Assembly (NCBI RefSeq): GCF_037042905.1
Contig: NC_087254.1
Location: 16,306,001 to 16,370,000, forward strand
Length of the DNA: 64,000 bases
DNA from: Lytechinus pictus
Lineage: Eukaryota
Reading direction: 5' to 3'
The translations under genes and the position numbers were made by a program. Under the pieces are notes generated by a model that was not told the origin of the DNA, made no database searches, and was given only the letters and a program-made list of their open reading frames with translations. This document shows, piece by piece, positions 61,201-64,000 of this stretch (position 1 is its first letter; each line of letters starts with the position of its first letter).

Positions 61201-64000
61201 AAACCCCCCCCCCCCCCCCGAGTAAGTAAAACATACATTTCTTATCTTTTGATAATTAAAAATGTGAAGTATTATGAAACTTTTATGATTTTAAAAAGCC
61301 TTACATTTAAGTACCAAGAAAATTATGCCTTTGGAAATCATGTAGCGCTGGTAAATGTTAATGTGTATTGTCAGTTACCGACAAGTAATGATAAAAATGT
61401 TCAAATCAAAGAAAGGAATTAAGAAAAAGAAAAAGTTTTTTCATTGAAATGTTCCTAGAGACTCTGGTATACTTCCACATCAAGCTCACTTTCATGTGAA
61501 GCCCTGCACAGAAGATACAATGCAATGATTCCACACATTTGACTTCCATGTGTTATCTCTATGGCAAATTAAGTGTAATGTCAGTTACCGTAATGTCAGT
61601 TACCAGCATGGTTGTGGAAAAATTATCATAGCCCCCAAAAGACAAAAACGAATTGTTTAATATTTTTACACATCTTAACCTACTAACGGAGGTATATTTA
61701 CATATTCAAATTATTACTCTATCTACTCAGGGACATGAGATATTTCAATTTTAATGAACACCCTGAAATTGCATATCCTTTTGCGTAATGTCAGTTACCG
61801 ACACATTTTTGCTTGCTGATGCGTAAAAAAATGTGGTTACATAGGAAAACTTAGTATCAGAGTATACAGCAAGGTTCACTTTATTAACTCTATCAAAAGC
61901 AAACTCCCATCATTTGTTGTTTTAGAGATACACACAATGAAAGGTGTGAAAACATTGTGCCGTGTAATGTCAGTTACCGTGAAAATGCCCCTATCAGCAT
62001 TGAAATTCTTGTAATATATGCAGTAAAATAAACGTAATTCATACAGGAAATCTGCATAAACCATGGACTCAACTGTGGGTTTTTAAAACCACCTTTGTGA
62101 ATTCAGGCCACATTGTCTTAAAACAGTCTCCTAATTCATGTAGAGAATTGTTTCTAGGCAACAGAAGATTGCTACCCGTGTCATAAATTAAAAAATATGT
62201 TGTTTTTTTTCTTCAAAATTTTGGATTTTGAGGTTTAAGCTTTACTTACCTCGACAAATTTCATCACTCTCTCAATTAAGAGGAACATGGGTTTGAATCC
62301 CAGGCATGGCGTTGTTTTCCTCAGTAAGAAGTTTTATCCAAATTGTGCTGCACTCAACCCAGGTGAGGTGAGAGGGTACCCGACAGGAATTGATTCCCTG
62401 ATTAATTTACAACTCACTTGTCATAGAGATTGGCTTAACAACGTGGAAAAATGTAAATTTGTCCATTGATAAGAAACTTTGGAAGGTCTTATTCATATCT
62501 TGAGATTAGGAGTAGAATTGTACTGAAAATGCAAACAGAAAATGCAATATTTGCTCATAGAATAAGTAAGTTTTGCTAATTTGGAGGCAAGAAAGCTTGT
62601 ATTTCTAAGCATGAGATCTAAACACGATACTTGTATGGTGTACTGTTTCTTTCAGGCCATATGTGGCTGGAGCTGACAATCCCCTATGCCTTCAAGAGTG
62701 TCTGGAGCCACACTGTGATAGACAAGCTCAGGTATGTAACAAGATTTTGTGATCCTCTAAACTAACAGTTACTTGACAAACCCCTATGCCTTCAAGAATG
62801 TCTTGAGCCTCATAATGATAGACAAGTTCAGGTATGTAGCAACATTTTGTGATCCTCTAAACTAACAGTTACTTGACAAAACCCTATGCCTTCAAGAATG
62901 CTTTGAGCCACACTGTGATAAGCAGGCTTAGGTATGTAGCAAGACTGTGTGATCCTCTAACCCCAAAATACTGGACAATTCCCTACGCCTTCAAAAATGC
63001 CTTGAACCACTCTGTGGTAGACAATCTCTGGTACTGACATGTATAGCAAGAGTTTGTAATCCCTCCAAACCCTTTGCAGGCAGTCACACCAATAAGACTG
63101 ACTCCAGACCGATCAAAGCTATGACGTTAAGTTGAATGGCTAACCACTGGCAAAATTTGGAGTTAGATTTGTTGGCGTGACTGCACCAGAACAGTTATTT
63201 GACAAGGGGTCCTCTGCAGAGGGAGTTGTGTTTGATTGCAATGTAAGATATCAAATGCAATTTCTAAATACGCTCTTCTGATTGGTTTAAAAATCAAGTT
63301 GCATTAGATTTTTGAATATGCAATTCATTGCGCCTCTTTGTGCGACCGGCCCAAGATCAATATTATATTTGCCTATTGAAAGTTATGGTATGTATTATAT
63401 TTGTAGTCGATGATCATAATATTGCAGATGTTGTCTTTTTGTGATAGAAGTGGAAAAATAACGGTCATTCAGAAATAACATTAAAAAAACCAATAATCCA
63501 TTTTAATGATATTCAGTTTTTATATACACAACCTGCCTCCATTGGAATCAGTTTTAGTGGTCACTATAGGCAGGTGGCTGTTATAGACGGGTTCTTATAC
63601 ACACAATCTGCCTCTATTGGAATCTGTTTTAGTGGTCACTATAGGCAGGTAGCTGTTATAGACAGGTTCTTATACACACAATCTGCCTCTATTGGAATCT
63701 GTTTTAGTGGTCACTATAGACAGGTGGCTGCTATAGACAGGTTCTTATACACACAATCTGCCTCCATGGGAATCAGTTCTAGTGGTCACTATAGACAGGT
63801 GGCTGCTATAGACAGGTTCTTACCCATACAATCAACCCCCATGGGAATTGGTTCTAGTGATCACTATAGGTAGGTGGCTGTTATAGAGATGTGGCCACTA
63901 ACACAGGTTTGACTGTATTTCACAATGTTGTGTTTTTGGCAGTTCTCCAAGGTTGGGACTATCACGACCAACGCCAACTCCATCTGGCAGACCAAAGATG
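36562..64000 (+). CDS. DNMT3: DNA (cytosine-5)-methyltransferase 3 (PWWP-ADD-MTase), multi-exon, continues past the window end
   Basis: Phase-consistent GT-AG exons: 36562-36582, 38322-40706, 41890-42000, 44294-44455, 45237-45344, 47124-47316, 48250-48342, 50018-50062, 52020-52099, 52744-52791, 53726-53845, 54608-54821, 56050-56195, 57980-58219, 58753-58838, 62656-62731, 63943-64000 (4186 nt, ~1395 aa). Motifs: GFCWWPG..WFGDGKF (PWWP), Cys-rich [34 protein letters not shown]. The start exon is less certain than the rest. Confidence 0.95.
38322..40706 (+). CDS. DNMT3: DNMT3 giant N-terminal exon (795 codons, largely low-complexity)
   Basis: Open frame between acceptor ccatctcag and donor ATG|gtgagg; phase 0 at both ends; contains [14 protein letters not shown], a DNMT3A1-like motif. 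Confidence 0.85.
44294..47316 (+). CDS. DNMT3: DNMT3 PWWP-domain exons (44294-44455, 45237-45344, 47124-47316)
   Basis: [22 protein letters not shown]...[13 protein letters not shown]|LSLSQV...[11 protein letters not shown]|[10 protein letters not shown]...[14 protein letters not shown]. The aromatic-cage positions are intact. Confidence 0.93.
45536..46236. mobile_element. Tc1/mariner-type MITE, TA target duplication
   Basis: ta-cagtgcgtatcaaaaaaagtttacac ... gtgtaaac(t)natacgcactg-ta. Confidence 0.85.
47874..48172 (+). mobile_element. Near-intact tRNA-derived SINE
   Basis: Box A tggcccagtgg, box B gggttcaaatccc, core gcactcgacccaggtgaggtaaatgggtacc and a (tta)n tail. Partial copies at about 46895-47050 (-), 56420-56520 and 62285-62400. 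Confidence 0.85.
48379..49084. mobile_element. pogo/Tigger-like MITE, TA-flanked
   Basis: ta-cagtccgacctctcttatccgg ... ccagataagagaggttgggctg-ta. Confidence 0.75.
49227..49498. mobile_element. GGGCCC-ended MITE family member (related copy at about 56522-56813)
   Basis: gggcccatctgacaaagagttacgattgatcc ... ggattaatcacaactctttggaagacagggccc. Confidence 0.65.
51390..51548. mobile_element. Short MITE (related copy at about 44950-45080)
   Basis: gggctccgtaacacaaaggtttgc ... gcaaacctttgtgttacggagccc, perfect TIRs. Confidence 0.8.
52020..54821 (+). CDS. DNMT3: DNMT3 ADD-domain exons and start of the MTase domain (52020-52099, 52744-52791, 53726-53845, 54608-54821)
   Basis: DICIGCG...[13 protein letters not shown]|[16 protein letters not shown]|[16 protein letters not shown]...CTAC|..DPWSCYLC...[15 protein letters not shown]. 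Confidence 0.95.
52327..52481. other. Assembly gap within a (GAT)n tract
   Basis: Run of N flanked by gatgat repeats. Confidence 1.
55840..56030 (+). pseudogene. Two decayed partial copies of the adjacent DNMT3 exon 56050-56195
   Basis: 55929 gtatgttattgttataaggagcttg...gagtgagaaggctgtcactg...gggacagatcaa and 55845 tgtgtctactgtac....aaaggacaaatca match the real exon. The longer copy has an in-frame TAA. Confidence 0.75.
56050..64000 (+). CDS. DNMT3: DNMT3 catalytic-domain exons (56050-56195, 57980-58219, 58753-58838, 62656-62731, 63943->64000)
   Basis: [19 protein letters not shown]|[42 protein letters not shown]|[22 protein letters not shown]|P..LQECLE|[14 protein letters not shown]. Confidence 0.96.
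58931..62109. mobile_element. Nested DNA-transposon stack (host MITE with inserts 59207-59631 and 59673-61990)
   Basis: Outer TIR ggcccgaattcacaaaggtggtttt / aaaaccacctttgtgaattcaggcc; inner TIRs cagacctgccaa / ttggcaggtctg and gggcattttcac / gtgaaaatgccc. Confidence 0.85.
62675..63060 (+). repeat. Exact 100-bp-period tandem array (4 units) containing the 3' part of a DNMT3 exon and its splice donor
   Basis: gacaa..ccctatgccttcaaga.tg..t.gagcc...gatagacaag.tcag|gtatgt recurs at 62675, 62775, 62875 and 62975. Confidence 0.92.
63515..63917 (+). repeat. 75-bp tandem repeat (~5 units) ending in a pogo-like terminal repeat
   Basis: Unit tatacacacaatctgcctctattggaatctgttttagtggtcactataggcaggtggctgttatagacaggttct; terminus caggtttgactg-ta. 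Confidence 0.85.

Noticed and set aside
60029-61978. Spaced 15-bp direct repeats superficially like a CRISPR array
   Set aside because: Eukaryotic intron, irregular spacing, enclosed by TIRs, and no cas genes.
63574-63873. 99-aa ORF with 25-aa repeats
   Set aside because: Translation of the 75-bp intronic tandem repeat belonging to a transposon-like element.

Overview
This is eukaryotic, intron-rich, AT-rich genomic DNA, almost certainly from a sea urchin. The H4 has Cys73, the H3 reads KTELRF, all histone genes have the CAAGAAAGA downstream element, and the H2B is of the late type. From left to right the window holds: (1) the last two coding exons and probable long 3' UTR of RPTOR (Raptor, +); (2) a complete 3-coding-exon MRM2/FTSJ2 mitochondrial rRNA methyltransferase (-), tail-to-tail with RPTOR; (3) a dispersed late-histone cluster with a solo H2B (-) and a divergent H4(-)/H3(+) pair, each with a 3' stem-loop and U7 downstream element; (4) a CpG-rich, probably bidirectional promoter near 31 kb; (5) a DNMT3 de novo DNA methyltransferase gene (+), with 17 phase-consistent coding exons (~1395 aa) running off the window end. 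The most notable points concern the DNMT3. Its ~840-aa N-terminus carries a near-exact match to the vertebrate DNMT3A1 UDR motif (nucleosome acidic patch / H2AK119ub reader), duplicated SPKK blocks and a CxVxL motif. Its DNA-recognition (TRD) loop lacks basic residues conserved in mammalian DNMT3s. Two catalytic-domain exons are flanked by tandem relic copies of themselves. Introns and intergenic DNA are full of MITEs, tRNA-derived SINEs and a three-level nested transposon. There are two assembly gaps. All homology calls come from recognising motifs by eye; no database searches were run, and human residue numbers are from memory.
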